Positions 23,601-36,080 are shown, counted from the stretch's first letter. The stretch: 64,000 bases of DNA from Thalia democratica (GCA_965202585.1 OZ241833.1:29822001-29886000); one strand, 5' to 3'. Numbers and translations: made by a program. Notes: generated by a model from the letters alone, not told the origin.

Positions 23601-25718
23601 TATAGTCTTATTTATATCAAATGTAATCAGACCTATTGTAAAGTACTATTTATCTTTTATTTTTCTTCTTTCTCTGATCAGCATATTTCTATATATAGCA
23701 AGGACTATTATTTTCTATAATTTTAATTTTTAGCTAAATAAAAAAGTTAATTATTTCAAGGCAAAAATTTTTATTTCTGTAACATTGATCAAGAAAAAAC
23801 TGTGGTCCATAGGTTTGTATTGGGAAAACTTTTGATAAACAGACTACATATACATAGTTAATTATTTTTTTATTTTCTTTAAAAACAGACTTATAATTCA
23901 TACTTCAGCTTTTATTTTAAAGCCTTTGTTATTTTGTTGTAAAAAAAACTTGGGACCCTATATTACGTTTATTTTTATGGTACAAGTTAAGATAATTTTA
24001 TTTTTGGAATTAATTATCAACTTGTTCAGGGTTGCCAGTTGTTTTTCAAAAAAATTTCCAGTATTTTATAACTACATATTTTCAGGTCTATTATTAGTTT
24101 TAAGTTAAGTTTAAGGTAAGAAACTGTGTTAAAAAGAATCAAAACATTAAAAACATATGGTAAAGCTATTTTAAATATGTTTTTTAATAAAAAAATTTGA
24201 TGATGACAATTTTTTTAATTTATATTACAGATATTTTGACTTAGTTCAAAACTTTACTACTGAACATGTGAAAATTGTTTAAATTCCAGGTTTTTTTTCA
24301 AAACTACTCAAATTTTAGGTTTTTCCAGGTTTTTTCTGCTTAAATTGTTACACTCCAGGTTTTTTCAGGTAAGTGGAAACCCTGACCTGTTTTAAATTTT
24401 TATTTATATACACTTTTTTTTAAACTTTAATAAATTCAACTTCTTTTAAATATTATTTATAAAAATTATAATAAAGTTTTTAGACTTTTAGACTTAAATG
24501 GTTTTATAACACTTGTCTTCAACTGAACATGCATGTAAACAAAAAAATTGTGTCATTGATTGAGTAGTTTAATTCTAAAAATAAATCTGTTAAGGATTTA
24601 TAATTCACTTGAGAATATATGATATAGTATTTATTTTGTCACTAGCATGCAGTATTAAATTTAATAAAATAACCTCAATTATGAAATTAAAATTAACTTT
24701 TAGCTTGTTAATTTTTGACCCACAGTATTTAAATTTAGAACTAATAATAATATTAACAGAACTCAATATCTGATTAAATAACTCAAATATTAATATTAAT
24801 ACAATAATTTTATAATTCTATTTTTTGTGTTTACATACCACTAAAACTTACTTAAAATTTAATATATGTTGTAGGTATAATTTGGTATAACAATAATGAT
24901 TTAATGCTTTTAAAATTATTTTTTGTTAATGATTCAACAAGTTAACTCAGTTATTTTCATGCTTTTACAATTAAGACTTCAAAAGTTTACTTTGAAAATA
25001 TTTATTGATTAGCATAAGTTAAAATGCACAAGTTAACAAAGTTAAATAATGTAGTGCAATTTATACAAGACATTTTATTTTAACTTGATGCTAACCAACA
25101 AATATTTTTAAAGTAAACTTTTATATTTTTCTTACCATAATTATCATATAGAAGCTAATAGTTAACATTTTTTATAATACAGATATTTAGTTTAAGAATA
25201 CATCTTTATTTACCTTATAGAATTATATGCAGTATATACTGCTATTCTATTAATTAAAAAAAATTATTGTATAGAAAAATTGTATTTATAAATATACAAA
25301 CTTTTAAAACTAACCAAGTTTAATAACCTCTGGTTTCTTTTCTTGATCTGCACATGCTAATCAATAAACAAGAAAAAAATAGTTAGAGGGTAAACTTTTT
25401 CTATTTATACACAAAGTAAATTATCAAGATATAGCAATATAACTTTAAGATAGTTTAACAATAACTATTTTAATAATACTGACCTACAACTGCATTAGTG
25501 ATTACTGGGGTGTATTTTTCTGAGACACAAGCTTGCCGGGCACGTACTAATGGGACAAAACAATAACAGAAGATATTTAAAAAAATTTGTAATATTAATC
25601 TTATTTAAATTTTAGGCTAATGCAATTAAAATATACAAATTACTTATTACAATATAAATTTACCTAAAATTTCCCTGGTGACTGGGGCTTCTTGCTCGAC
25701 TGCTGCTGTTTGTGACAT
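8565..25718 (-). CDS. YBX1: Y-box binding protein (cold-shock domain, YBX1/2/3 family), complete 7-exon gene, 328 aa: join(25718-25664,21785-21598,18956-18711,18386-18252,17918-17809,9130-8947,8633-8565)
   Basis: CSD with RNP1/RNP2-type motifs ([35 protein letters not shown]), then [23 protein letters not shown], then an alternating basic/acidic tail. All 6 introns are GT-AG with consistent phases; exon total 987 nt = 329 codons including stop. The symbol denotes the family; one-to-one orthology was not tested. Confidence 0.93.
8947..9130 (-). CDS. YBX1: Y-box exon 6
   Basis: catttcag| acceptor, AAT|GTTGGT donor, NRNGPKPQ...KSGGDAQN. Confidence 0.85.
12370..12960 (+). pseudogene. Relic reverse transcriptase of an RLE-type (R2/R4/NeSL-like) non-LTR retrotransposon
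   Basis: LR(P)[53 protein letters not shown] and [12 protein letters not shown] (YADD at 12864-12875) occur in RT domain order across frameshifts and a stop. GC-rich codons contrast with the surrounding intron. Confidence 0.85.
13260..14103 (+). pseudogene. Two degenerate repeats of a Nudix-hydrolase-like domain
   Basis: Copy B (13747-13845) [31 protein letters not shown]; copy A (13350-13430) [15 protein letters not shown] plus frameshifted DVK..SRDLQE. Both resemble the Nudix box G-x5-E/D-x7/8-REUxEExGU. An LFDE.V..AF segment also occurs twice (13266, 14029). Confidence 0.6.
14800..15216 (+). pseudogene. Frameshifted GC-rich ORF ending in a RING-finger-like domain
   Basis: CALC-x15[12 protein letters not shown]10-CPCC (15067-15216) fits RING-H2 spacing with the 4th ligand as Gln. 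It is preceded in another frame by an open GC-rich stretch, [12 protein letters not shown]...FSLYVR. Confidence 0.6.
15451..16080 (+). pseudogene. Degenerate intronless ORF of unknown family
   Basis: The frame from ATG 15451 reads [10 protein letters not shown]...[58 protein letters not shown].. with in-frame stops. GC content and codon pattern look coding; no recognisable motif. Confidence 0.35.
17809..17918 (-). CDS. YBX1: Y-box exon 5
   Basis: acaaag| acceptor, TA|GTTAGT donor, GEAVNADGQ...NTRKR; phase 2 joins C of exon 6 to give Tyr. Confidence 0.82.
18252..18386 (-). CDS. YBX1: Y-box exon 4 (phase 0-0, 45 aa acidic/basic repeat)
   Basis: ttcacag| acceptor, AAT|GTTGGT donor, NVEGKENG...RKPRPQQQN. 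Confidence 0.88.
18711..18956 (-). CDS. YBX1: Y-box exon 3 (end of CSD, first basic island)
   Basis: ttttacag| acceptor, CAG|GTCAGT donor, [26 protein letters not shown]...RRRRPMSQ. Confidence 0.95.
21105..21492. mobile_element. MITE, copy 1 (CAGGGTTGCCA-type TIR, hAT-Blackjack-like); left TIR decayed
   Basis: Right TIR TTGGCAACCCTG ends at 21492; TTCCAGGTTTT subterminal repeats; internal sequence alignable by eye with 24027-24384. Confidence 0.7.
21598..21785 (-). CDS. YBX1: Y-box exon 2 (cold-shock domain core)
   Basis: tctcag| acceptor, AAG|GTTTGA donor, encodes [19 protein letters not shown]...FDVVMGNK. Confidence 0.95.
23143..23165. repeat. (AT)n microsatellite
   Basis: Direct reading. 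Confidence 0.9.
24027..24384. mobile_element. MITE, copy 2 (CAGGGTTGCCA...TGGAAACCCTG)
   Basis: 11-bp TIRs with 1 mismatch; same internal motifs (GGTCTATT, AAGAAACTGTGTT, GATGATGACAA, TCCAGGTTTT) as copy 1; TSD is imperfect (ACTTGTT/ACCTGTT). Confidence 0.75.
25664..25718 (-). CDS. YBX1: Y-box exon 1 ([18 protein letters not shown] + G)
   Basis: ATG at 25718, donor G|GTAAAT; phase 1 joins CA of the next exon to give Ala just before the CSD, an intron position also seen in vertebrate YBX1. Confidence 0.8.
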
Positions 25719-26237
25719 ATTGGTTGTACTAGATGTTTGCTAGATGGAATTGATGGTAAGATGTATACTCTACACTCAGTGTTGATGGTTCTGATGACTA
25801 GTCTTCAATTTTGAGGGATGTTTTGCACAAAATCATTCAAGCGTAAGAAAAAAGCGACTTTCAAATCAGCTATCTCACTAATTAGTCCAATTTGTGCAAC
25901 TTACCAAGGGTTAAGTCAATTTTATAAATTGTTATGATTCAAAAAAAATAAGAATTATTAAATAACTTTTTAAAGTTTTTGGTTGCTCATTATTTAAGTA
26001 AACGATTTTTTGTTTTTGCGCTGTACATACTTTTACACATTTCAAAATATTCTAAGATTTTCTAGATTGATCAATTGAACGATAATTTATACAGAAAAAG
26101 TGCACTTACTTACTTAAAATATAAATCAAATATATAATATTTCTAATAAAAAAGCAATAGAAAAACTCTTTTTAGTTGATAAAAAACTTTAAACATTATA
26201 ACATATTTATCAAATTGTTTATTTTTTAAGTTAATGT

Positions 26238-26354
26238 ATATTGTTTATTAAACGACAAAAAACGCTCAAAAAGTTTGGTCCAAGGACGTGGTGCACGAAA
26301 AAGCCTTTCGGTTATCGAGTCTTACACCAGAACAGTTTAACGTCATGTCCAGGA
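26238..26354 (-). repeat. SINE-like/short retroposon family, copy 1
   Basis: Shares TCCTGGACA(A/T)GAC...CTCGATAACCGAAAGG...CGTGCACCA...GTCGTT.AATAAACAAT with copies at 31682, 35068 and 57858. Confidence 0.65.
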
Positions 26355-28497
26355 CAATAATAATAATAGAAGTTTTAACACTTTAAAACATCAGTAAAAA
26401 CTTGATAAACTTTATACCGTGTTGGTAATGTTTTATTATTATTTCTATTTTAATATTGAGAAAGTTATACAAGTTTCATCTAAATTCTTAAAGGACAAAA
26501 TGATTAATAGTTGCAACTTAAATAAAAATCAAAATATAAAAAAAAATTTATATATGTTTAATATGTTGCCAAATATGTTCTTACAAATATTTTACCCATA
26601 TACCAATAACTTGAAAAATTAAACTAATATAAAATATTTTAAGCAAATAATGCTGAAATAAAATTATCTTAGATTTTAAAGACAAAAAATCAAAGTATTA
26701 TTCATTTTTTTTTTAGTTTCTAGCATGATTGCCAAATAAATGAGAGTAAAACGACGCATTGTTACTCAAGAATAAGTTTATAAAGACAAACATTTGTTCA
26801 CTATTTAGAACTTTTTTGGTTAACCCTAGATTTTGGTGATAGTTTAAACATAAATTTTATTGTACTTTCTTTTTCTTACACTTTTAAATTGTTAAATGCA
26901 ATGACAAAATTAACAGATTAACCTTATTTATTGTGAACTTTTTATAATGATTAACAGAGGTTTACAATTTTTTTATTACTTTGAAGGGAAAAGTAGTATT
27001 CAAAAGTTTTTATTAGTAAAAACGTGTTTGTTTCTGTAAAATGCTTTTAGATGCAACACACAGTCATACATACATCACAAGTTCAATATGTAGTTGTTGA
27101 AGAAAAACTCCTTGTGTTTAAAATATTTATTCACTCTAAAAATCTGAAACGTTATATTAAACTAAACCTAAATATAAATGAAACTAAACGATATATTAAG
27201 CTAAACACACATACTTCATTTAAACATTGATACACAACAAAATGACCTACAGTTCAATCATTCTAAAGTTGTAATAAACTACTTGCGATACTTGATCAAA
27301 AAAAAAAAGTGAAACTTAACTTACTTGAATTAAAAAAAGAGTATACAAGCATTTAAATAACCATACTTTTACAATTAAGTTTAAACCCATATACAACTTT
27401 ACTTTCTAATAGCCAAACTGCTATGGTAATATATAATTACAAACTTTGATGACTCTAGAAACGTAATATTAATCTTTTAAATATTGTAAATACAACCACA
27501 AAGTATAACTTTTTTTTATGATGTATGTGTTATGAAAAGTATAGTACAACTTTTTATTTCTTAAAGTTTTAGATACTGTAAAAGTTTGTTTCATTATAAA
27601 GCTAAATTTGTCAGTAAATGTTATCAATTATTTTTATTTTGTTAAATGTAAGCTTTTTATTGGGTAAAAATGAAACAATTCGTAGTAATTATGTTTAGAC
27701 TTACAGCTTAAACTGGTATTATAGTTATAAACTTTGAAAAATATTATAATAAAATGACTGTAATGAGGGTTTAGCGATATTAAGTATGAGTTTTTTTGTA
27801 ATTTTTTCTATCAAAGAGAAGTAAAAATAAATGGTTAATAAAAAGGGTAAACATAGAATATACAAAAGCAACAATAGTTAAAACATGGTAACTAAAAAAT
27901 GTTTTTTTAGGAAATAACAAGTATAGTGTCTTAAGATCTTTATCAGTTATTATTTAAAAACTTAACTAAATGGTATGTTATATGCCTACTTTTTTTCAAA
28001 GAAAAACAAACTTTACTCTTTTTTAACTGATTTAATTACTTTTAAAATAATTAAATGTAAAAGTTTTATTTCCAACTAATCTTAAGTAGTGTAGTTGAAA
28101 AAAAAAACATACTCAACAATAAGTAAAATAAATGATTTCGATGTAAAATATGTTTAAAAAAAAACAACGTTATAATAAATACTATTATGTTTTAGTCGAT
28201 ATGTATGATTAAGACTTTTAGCTCAGAAATTGCACAGATGTTTCAAAAAAAAAAAACTAAAAACTAAAACTACATTAATATTTTTAACTTAGTCAAAGTA
28301 GCCTTTCAAAATTAGTGTGTGAACTTCTTAATACAGAGTATAAAATTAATGAACTAAAAACCTATACTACAAACAAATAAATATTTTTATGAAAAAATAC
28401 AAACTTTATCAAACAATTTATGATTAACTTTATAAAGAATGACTTCCTATTGATTGGAGCATCGGCTAAGCTAAGGACATGCTTCACACAAAATACA

Positions 28498-28695
28498 GGG
28501 AGCCGCTCAGCTCCCACGCGATCAAATCCGAGAATCGCTTACCGACCAAGGGTAAGGGTTAGGGGCAACAGTGATAGTAAAAAAACGAAATAAAAAATAA
28601 AATAAAAAGTAATTGAATTAAGAAAATTAAAATAATTTTTGGGTGAAAGTTGTGTGCAGGTGGGAATTGTGCTATTGCGAGTTGTCAGTATACCC
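28498..28695 (+). mobile_element. MITE-like element with central telomere-like GGTAAGGGTTAGGG, copy 1
   Basis: GGGAGCCG start, CGCGATCAAATCCGAGAATCGCTTACCGA core, GGGTGGGAATTG...GTATACCC end; homologous to 29004-29277 and ~35890-36080. Confidence 0.7.
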
Positions 28696-29003
28696 AAATT
28701 ACATCATCTGCAACGTTTAAAACTTTAAAAATTCAAACAAACAGGATTTAAAATAGTTTTTAAGGCAAGCAAACAAAAATCACTGGGTGCATCCTAGAAA
28801 CATCCTAGAAACCTATTTAACTGAAAGGGCGTTTTACGGTTTATAACTCACAATACGGTTTATAACGACAGTAGAAGTTGAAGCTATATTTCTTATAAAA
28901 GAGTAAAGAACTTTGAAAAAAAAATATTTCCTTTTAAAATATTTGCTGAGCCTTTTTAATTTTTTTTAAGTAATTAAATTAGAGGTCTTATACATATGTT
29001 TAT

Positions 29004-29277
29004 GGGAGCCGTTCATTTCCCACCCACGCTCAATTCCAACCCGCGATAAATTTCAACCCAAGCATAATTCCAACCCGCATAATTGCGACGCGATCAAATC
29101 TGAGAATCGCTTACCGATCAAGGGTAAGGGTTAGGGGTGACAGTAAAAATAAATTAAATAATAAATAAAAATTAAACATATTAAAAAATAAAGGAATAAA
29201 TAAAGAAAATTAAAAAAAAATGAGTGCGAATTGTGATCGGGTGGGAAATGATCGCGGGTGGGAATTGTCAGTACACC
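29004..29277 (+). mobile_element. MITE-like element with central telomere-like motif, copy 2 (longest)
   Basis: Perfect 13-bp subterminal inverted repeat TCATTTCCCACCC (29013-29025) / GGGTGGGAAATGA (29239-29251), tandem AATTCCAACCC subrepeats, central AAGGGTAAGGGTTAGGGG. Confidence 0.75.
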
Positions 29278-31681
29278 TATTTTTATGTACAGCAAAAGAA
29301 AGGTCTTAGGCGTATTTAAGGGTAGCTTTGAAAGTTACGTTAGATATCACGGGAAAGTATCTTGCGCACAGTAGATTTTTGATAGATTTTATTTAAGGGG
29401 GCCATTGCTTTTTTAATGTTTTTAAAGGTGGCATTATGGGAAACTTTCATCTACGTAAACTTTTTCTACTGTTTGAACACCGTTTATTTTTTCATGCTTA
29501 CTTAATCTGAGTTAAACGTCATGTTTTGTTTATTGATTGCTTGTACTTTTCTTAAAAAAACTAAGTTTATAATGTTAAAAATAGTTCTTAATCAGCTGAA
29601 ACTAGTCAAAATGGGTAAGTGTTGTGTAACTCAACAGAACTTTTTTTTTGTATTTTTTATTGAAGTTAATAATAAAAACGATATTATATTTTAACTTAAA
29701 AGTATCATTATATAGCTAAATAAAAATGAGAATTTTAGGTGAAATACCTTCTTAGTTTGAATATTAGTACACATTAGTGTATATTAGGTATATTATATGT
29801 GTAAATTTTAAGTGCAATTTTACTTTTCAACATTTTTCAAAACTTTAAAAGAATAAACTTTACATAAAAGAATTTAACAAGTTTTTGAACAAAATATCAA
29901 TTTTATCTAGTTTTTATTTACGTATAATTATCGGCCCTTGAATATTTTACAAAATCTTAATTTTTTACGAGCTAATCAATACCCATGAAAACTCTTTTAT
30001 AACTACAAAATAGTTCAAAAGCAATGTAATTAAAAGTTTTAAAAGAGTTTGTACAATGCCTTCCACCAAAAAATTTAAGTTTTTTTTTTTATTATCAAAT
30101 TTAAAGTTGATTTAGTTAAACACTTATTTTCTGCTTTGGTTGCAGTTATTGCTTTTTATTTTTTGCACTTATTATGATTAGGTACATTTTATATAAAGAA
30201 TTAGTTTTCTGTAACTTTAAAAACGTTATTTTATATATACTTAACTTTTATTACAAGAAGTTGTACAATTTCAAACGTTGAAAAGTTTAAACTCGACGGT
30301 TTTAAGAAGATTTGCAAAGCTATAAAAGCTTTAAGTGCATGAAAGTGGTTTTGTGACGTACTCATGCAAAATAATTCTCTACTCCTTTCTTAATCTATTC
30401 AAAAAGCTCTTTAAATTTTTTAGATTCTGAAACTTCATCGGTGCATTTTTTAGTCCAAAATTTTTAAAACATGCTGGAGCATGTTAATTTGCAACTTAAA
30501 TTATTTAAAATAAACTTAAACGTTTAAACTTTATTTGCAAAATAAGCTCGGTAGGTGTGTGATAAATTTTTACAAAATAACTGAGTTTAAAAACTACTTA
30601 ATCATAGAGATTAAGTGACTTTAAAATGATAAACTTTTATTTCAGCAGCAGTAACACAAGCATGTTTGTTAAAATTATTTGGGAATTACAATACTTTTTA
30701 GACATGTTATAATTATAAACAAACTGTAAAGGCATAAACAATTTATGGTTTTGATATACTTTTTCTACGCTTAGCGATCAATTAATTTTGGTAAAGGTTG
30801 CTAATTCTAAGTGTTAATATTGGTAAACTTTGCTACAAATTTACAACAAGTAAAACTTTTCACTATTTTTTTATTAAACTTTATGTGTATTACGCCGTTT
30901 TAATGCGGAACAGCTCATCAGACACAAAAATTCTGTAAAACAAAACACAGAGCGATTAACTAAAACAAAAATAGAAATAAAAACATAAGCAAGCACTATT
31001 GTTTTGTTAATAAAAATAAGACATGGGTAAGCATTAATATTTAGTTAGCTTAAGTTATTTTTAAAGTGGTGTATTATGCATAATCTTTTATAATTAGCAT
31101 AAAATTAAAATTAAAGTTAATGTTAATACTAACCTTTTTTTAGTTTTATTGGTATAAAAAGTGCAAACTTTAAATTCATTTGAGTACACTTGGTTAAAGT
31201 TTACTATGTTTCCTTATATATATTCTTTGCTTTAAATTGATAGGCATAAAATAAGTCTGATTTCAAATCGTTTCACGTAAAAACTTGAGTTTTTATAGCT
31301 ATGATAGCTTTTAGATATAAGCTTCTCACAAATTGTTATCACTAATTCGTTAATGATCAAACTTCAAAGTAACTAAACAAAAAAAAATTATACCGTTAAT
31401 CATATTTACAAGTCCTTTACAATGTTAGTCTAAATTATGTCTTTCTTCATTCCAGAAAAAATAAAGCAAAACTAATGTGGTCTTTTTTACAAATGTTTTA
31501 TCACGAGCACTTTTTTATCACTAGTTGCCAGAAACCTGAAGTGTTTTGAGCTCTCCAAATCTTTTAAAAGTTAAAATTCAGATATAATTGAATTTCATTA
31601 GATATTTTTTCTTCTGTTAAAAAAAAGTTATGAAAGGCTAGTTGCTTACTGTTATTACCGTATATTTTATAAGTTCATGGA

Positions 31682-31780
31682 GCGACGAAAAAAAAGCAGT
31701 CAAAAATTGGACCTGGAGTACGAAAATACCTTTGGGTTATCGAGTCATACAACAGGATACATTTTAATGTTTTGTCCAGC
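31682..31780 (-). repeat. SINE-like family, copy 2 (diverged)
   Basis: TACCTTTGGGTTATCGAGTC...TTTTGTCCAG matches the family core. Confidence 0.55.
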
Positions 31781-34700
31781 CTTGTCGTTTTATTTGTTCT
31801 AAAATATGTAAGAAATACATTCGTTTGAAAAGTGTATTAGTTTTAAAGTTTTACAAAAACTTAATACAGCCTTTACAATTTTATTTTTACAAATAATTAA
31901 ATGTTTAACAAAATTAAATACCAGTAAAACCAACTGAACACCACAGTTTAAAAAAAGCAATCAAGCAGGTTCAAACTTCAAGTTAAAGAAAATAGCATCG
32001 TTACGTGACCATGCAGAAAACTTAATTACTTTCTGGTTCATTAAATCTCAGGACGAAAACAAATCTTGAACCTTTGGAACCTGCGGTGCATTTTGTAACC
32101 CAAAGATCGTTCTGTTTAAAACATCCTGAGGCGCACGTAATAAAGGTGCTTGTTGTGTAGTTAGTTGAATATACACTTTGATTATTAGTACTTGCTAAGA
32201 AATTACGACATTTTAGAGTTTCAAAGATTTCGAACGAATGACATAGTTTGACACACTCATTAATAAATCATCTTAACTGACTTTGAAATTAATTATTGTT
32301 TCTTATCAAAGTAGCAACAAAAGCATAGTTTATTAAGTCTTATAGGTCAGTTTAGGTTCATAAGTAAGATCATGGTCTTCATCTTTTCAAAAAGCTGTGC
32401 ACAATAAATAACTAAAACTAACTTCTTTACACACTAGATCATAAAAGATATAAATCATTACTGAAGAACGTTATTTTTTAATGTTTTCAGTGTGTTGATA
32501 CGGATATAAAATTTTAAGACCTTTTACTTTATATAAAAAGTAGATTTTTTACTAGTATTTTTACTGAATAAAAATATTATTGTTTAGAAAAGAAAATATT
32601 GTTAGGTAATTAAAAATTTGCATTTTTTTAGCAACCACATTAAGCTAGATAATTTTAATATAACTATTCAAAAGTGTTTGTTTACAAAAGATCCTAGCAA
32701 AACAAGTTCACTGGAATATATAATAACAACAAACTATTATATTTTGTTCATTACGATCATTGTAATAAAGAATGGATACTGTATATTATTATTATTTTTA
32801 CTATACTTTTTTTAAGTACTGTATGCACTTTAAAACTTGATTTAAACCATTTATCTTTAATATTTATTGCTAAAAGTGATAACTAAAACACGTTTAATTA
32901 TCAAAAGATAACTAGATAAAAGTAGAATTATAGTATAATGCTTCGATGAGTAAACAAAAAATAAAGCTTAACTAGTTTAATAATACTATTTCGATAAATA
33001 TATCTAATTAAAAAAAAACACATTTAGATAAGTTAAAAAAGTTTTGTGCTTTCAAAATTTGACACCTAACTTTTTTTCTTAACCTGTATTTATGTAAATT
33101 CTTGTATTAAATTAACTTATAATATCCAAGCTTAACTTTTGATAAAGATATTTCAAGTATTTTTATGTTTATCAAATGTAAAAATGACTGTTTTTATAAG
33201 CAAATACTTTGTAGATTTACGGCGTTTCGCTGCTCCGTTCATGTTTTATGATTAGTCAATAAAGTACTCGTGTACAAAACCGATTGTTTTTGTTATCTGT
33301 TCGACTTTTCTTGACCTCTAGGATTTAATGCGTTATTACCTTATACCTCGTACATCAAATTTAAAACGCTTAAATATTAGAAATAAATTTCAACTGCTTC
33401 TTATGCACAGTTTATATTTTGAATTGTGGAGTTTATCAAAAACGATTATATTTACAAGTCATATGCGAACACATAATAGATTAATGTTGTATTTAATAGT
33501 TAGAGACAGTAGTATTCTAGTTTAAAAGTATCAGATTTATAATAACTCATTGCAAAACTCAAAAGAAGTAAAGAGTGAATACTTATGATGTATAGTTGTA
33601 TAACAAGCTAACTTGACGGCTAATAGTTTGTAAAACATAAAAATCGTTAAATTAGGAGCTTTAGAATAATCCAAAATATCAATGAATTGGTAAAATGTCA
33701 AATGTTAGGTGCAAAGCAAAAATACTACATTATTACTGCTAAAGTACTGCTGTAGAAAATGAGTTTAAAAGCTATTTTTTCAAAGTGTTTTTTGTGTGGT
33801 AATTGCACTCATATAAACAGTCGGAGTACATAATATAAAACAACGAATAAATTTATAACTATTAACCATAGCTAGGAACAAATCGTTATTGTTACATGCG
33901 TTTAAGCATGTTTTAAAGTTTAAAAACGCGCCAATGCGTTTTCAACAAATGATGGATAATTGAGTAAAAGTTGTTACGAATTTAAACAAATCAGCGAGTT
34001 CTTTTGTGGCAATTAGCAATGTTACGTCACAACATGTTTAAAATGTATTTCAAATCGTGAAAAATTCAAACAACGTTTCTTGCAAATATTTAGATTAATT
34101 TGTTTTACTAGTTTTTATCGATTTTAAGTATAATTGAATAGTTACACGTTTATAATACACAAAAATAAATATTAAGCCTTAAATCAAACTGCTTTTAATG
34201 CATTTAAATCTCATGTGAAAGAATGCAGACACATTATGTTAACCAGCAAGCAAGTATTTAGTTTAAATGATCATCCATTTAAGTTTTACTCTTTAGCTGA
34301 TTGCTTAAATACGTTTATATACATTCAAAAGTTTTGTACATTTAAAAAAAGTATGCTTCAAAACCTAGATCTTTGTATAAGTTAATTATAATAAGGAAAA
34401 GTAGTTATTGATCGTTTCTAATTATTGAAACCATGTATTACATTCAAGTTTTATTTTGCAAGAAGTTACTTTTTAATATTTGTTTGTTAGCTTTGAAACT
34501 TTTAGTTTATGTTTGGTCTTAACGAACTGTTAAAAGTATAGATAGAATAATAATAAAAAAACTTAGAAATATTTTTTTGATATTAATTACCGTGTAAACA
34601 CTTTTTAAAAGTTTGTTTTAAAACTTTAAAACTTAAGTAAGTTTATTTTAAAAAGTTTTTCTTTTCTGGTACAGAAATTATTTTAGAATTTAAAATAAGA

Positions 34701-34989
34701 AGTAATAATGAGTTTCTTACAAGCTAATGCTAAATTATGAATAGTCTTACAACGCGAAAAAAATTACAAATAGTTTTATTCTATAACTTTACTATTTATT
34801 GTTAAGTAAGTTTAAGGTTTTATTAAAAATACTTTAAAATCTTTAACAAATCAGCACATATAACTTTTATTGTAATTTACATAGCATATACGGTTGAAAT
34901 ATATTAATACATACTTTTAAGCATAGTAAAAAATATTAACATTAAAGTTAAACTTGTTACTTGGAACAAATTTTTGCTTGGAGGGTTGT

Positions 34990-35022
34990 ATCTGGCCCAC
35001 AGTCCGCAATTAACCGACTCCT
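34990..35022. mobile_element. Isolated right end of an hAT MITE
   Basis: TGGCCCACAGTCCGCAATTAACCGACTCCTG resembles the right terminus of the 6000-6332 element (..GCCGACCCCTG). Confidence 0.4.
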
Positions 35023-35067
35023 GCTACAGTCAAGTTGTTAAAAAAAGCTATATATATTTTAATATAA

Positions 35068-35192
35068 TCCTGGACAAGACATTAAAAGGTATCCGTGGTG
35101 TGCAGCTCGATAACCGAAAGGTTTTTTCGTGCACCAAGTCTTAGGACAAAATATTTTGAGCGATTTTTTTTTGTCGTTCAATAAACAATATA
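35068..35192 (+). repeat. SINE-like family, copy 3
   Basis: TCCTGGACAAGACATTAAAAGG...CTCGATAACCGAAAGG...GTCGTTCAATAAACAAT; reverse complement of copy 1. Confidence 0.65.
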
Positions 35193-35885
35193 TATTTTGA
35201 ATTAGTATATATAGTATATTAATTCAAAGTATAAAAAAACAAGTCATCATCTTATTCATAGTACATGTTATAGATATTTTAAACGGTTAAAAATTATTAG
35301 CCGTTATTATAAATAGTTTAAAAAATAAAACTCAAAATTTTTAAGAGTTTTACGATTGATTTTACAGTAACATAAATATGAGTTATTGTTAGCTCTAATG
35401 GAAAACTAAATAAAAACCGAAATTTGGTCGTTGAGTGTAGAAAGAAAAGTTGGCATAAAACACATGCTGACTGTGCTGGAAATTAAATTTTTAGTAGTTT
35501 TGAAAATTTTAATTAAACGTTTGAGCTCCCACCCGATAAGAGACACCTTCTTGATTCCAAGAAAAAGTTCCTACCTTAAGTAAAATACGTACCTTACAGT
35601 TTTAAAACAACTTTTACTCTCTTCAATGCCAACAGTAGCTAGCACCTTCTTATATATGATAAATGTAAAAACAATTCCGCCTTAAACAACTTAACATGAC
35701 TTTTTCATAAAACAATCGAGTTGCATTTCAGTTCAATGAAAAGTAGTAAATTAATCTTTTTCACGTTCATATTTGTGTGTTTACTTAAATATGATTAACA
35801 AAATTAAATAACCTTTACCTCCCACATTTTTGCAATTTAATGCGCAATTTGCGCGTGCGCGTACCCCTCAAAGTGCGTACCTTAT

Positions 35886-36080
35886 CGGGATACGTCTGTT
35901 TTACTGGGACACGTTTAAAATCCACCCGCGATCAAAATCCACCCAGTCAAATTCGAGAACCGTTTACCGATCGAAGGTAAGGGTTAGGGGTAACAGTGAA
36001 AGTGAAAAAAAAACTAATAAAATAAATCAATAAAAAAAAATTGGGTAGATTTTGAACGCAGGTGGATTTGATAGTATACC
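35886..36080 (+). mobile_element. MITE-like element with central telomere-like motif, copy 3
   Basis: AAAATCCACCCGCG / CGCAGGTGGATTT subterminal IR, GAGAACCGTTTACCGA core, GGTAAGGGTTAGGGG, ends GTATACC. Confidence 0.65.

Noticed and set aside
23334-23720. 128-aa ORF and other AT-rich short ORFs
   Set aside because: F/L/I/K/Y-rich composition typical of random AT-rich intron; no domain or exon signature.
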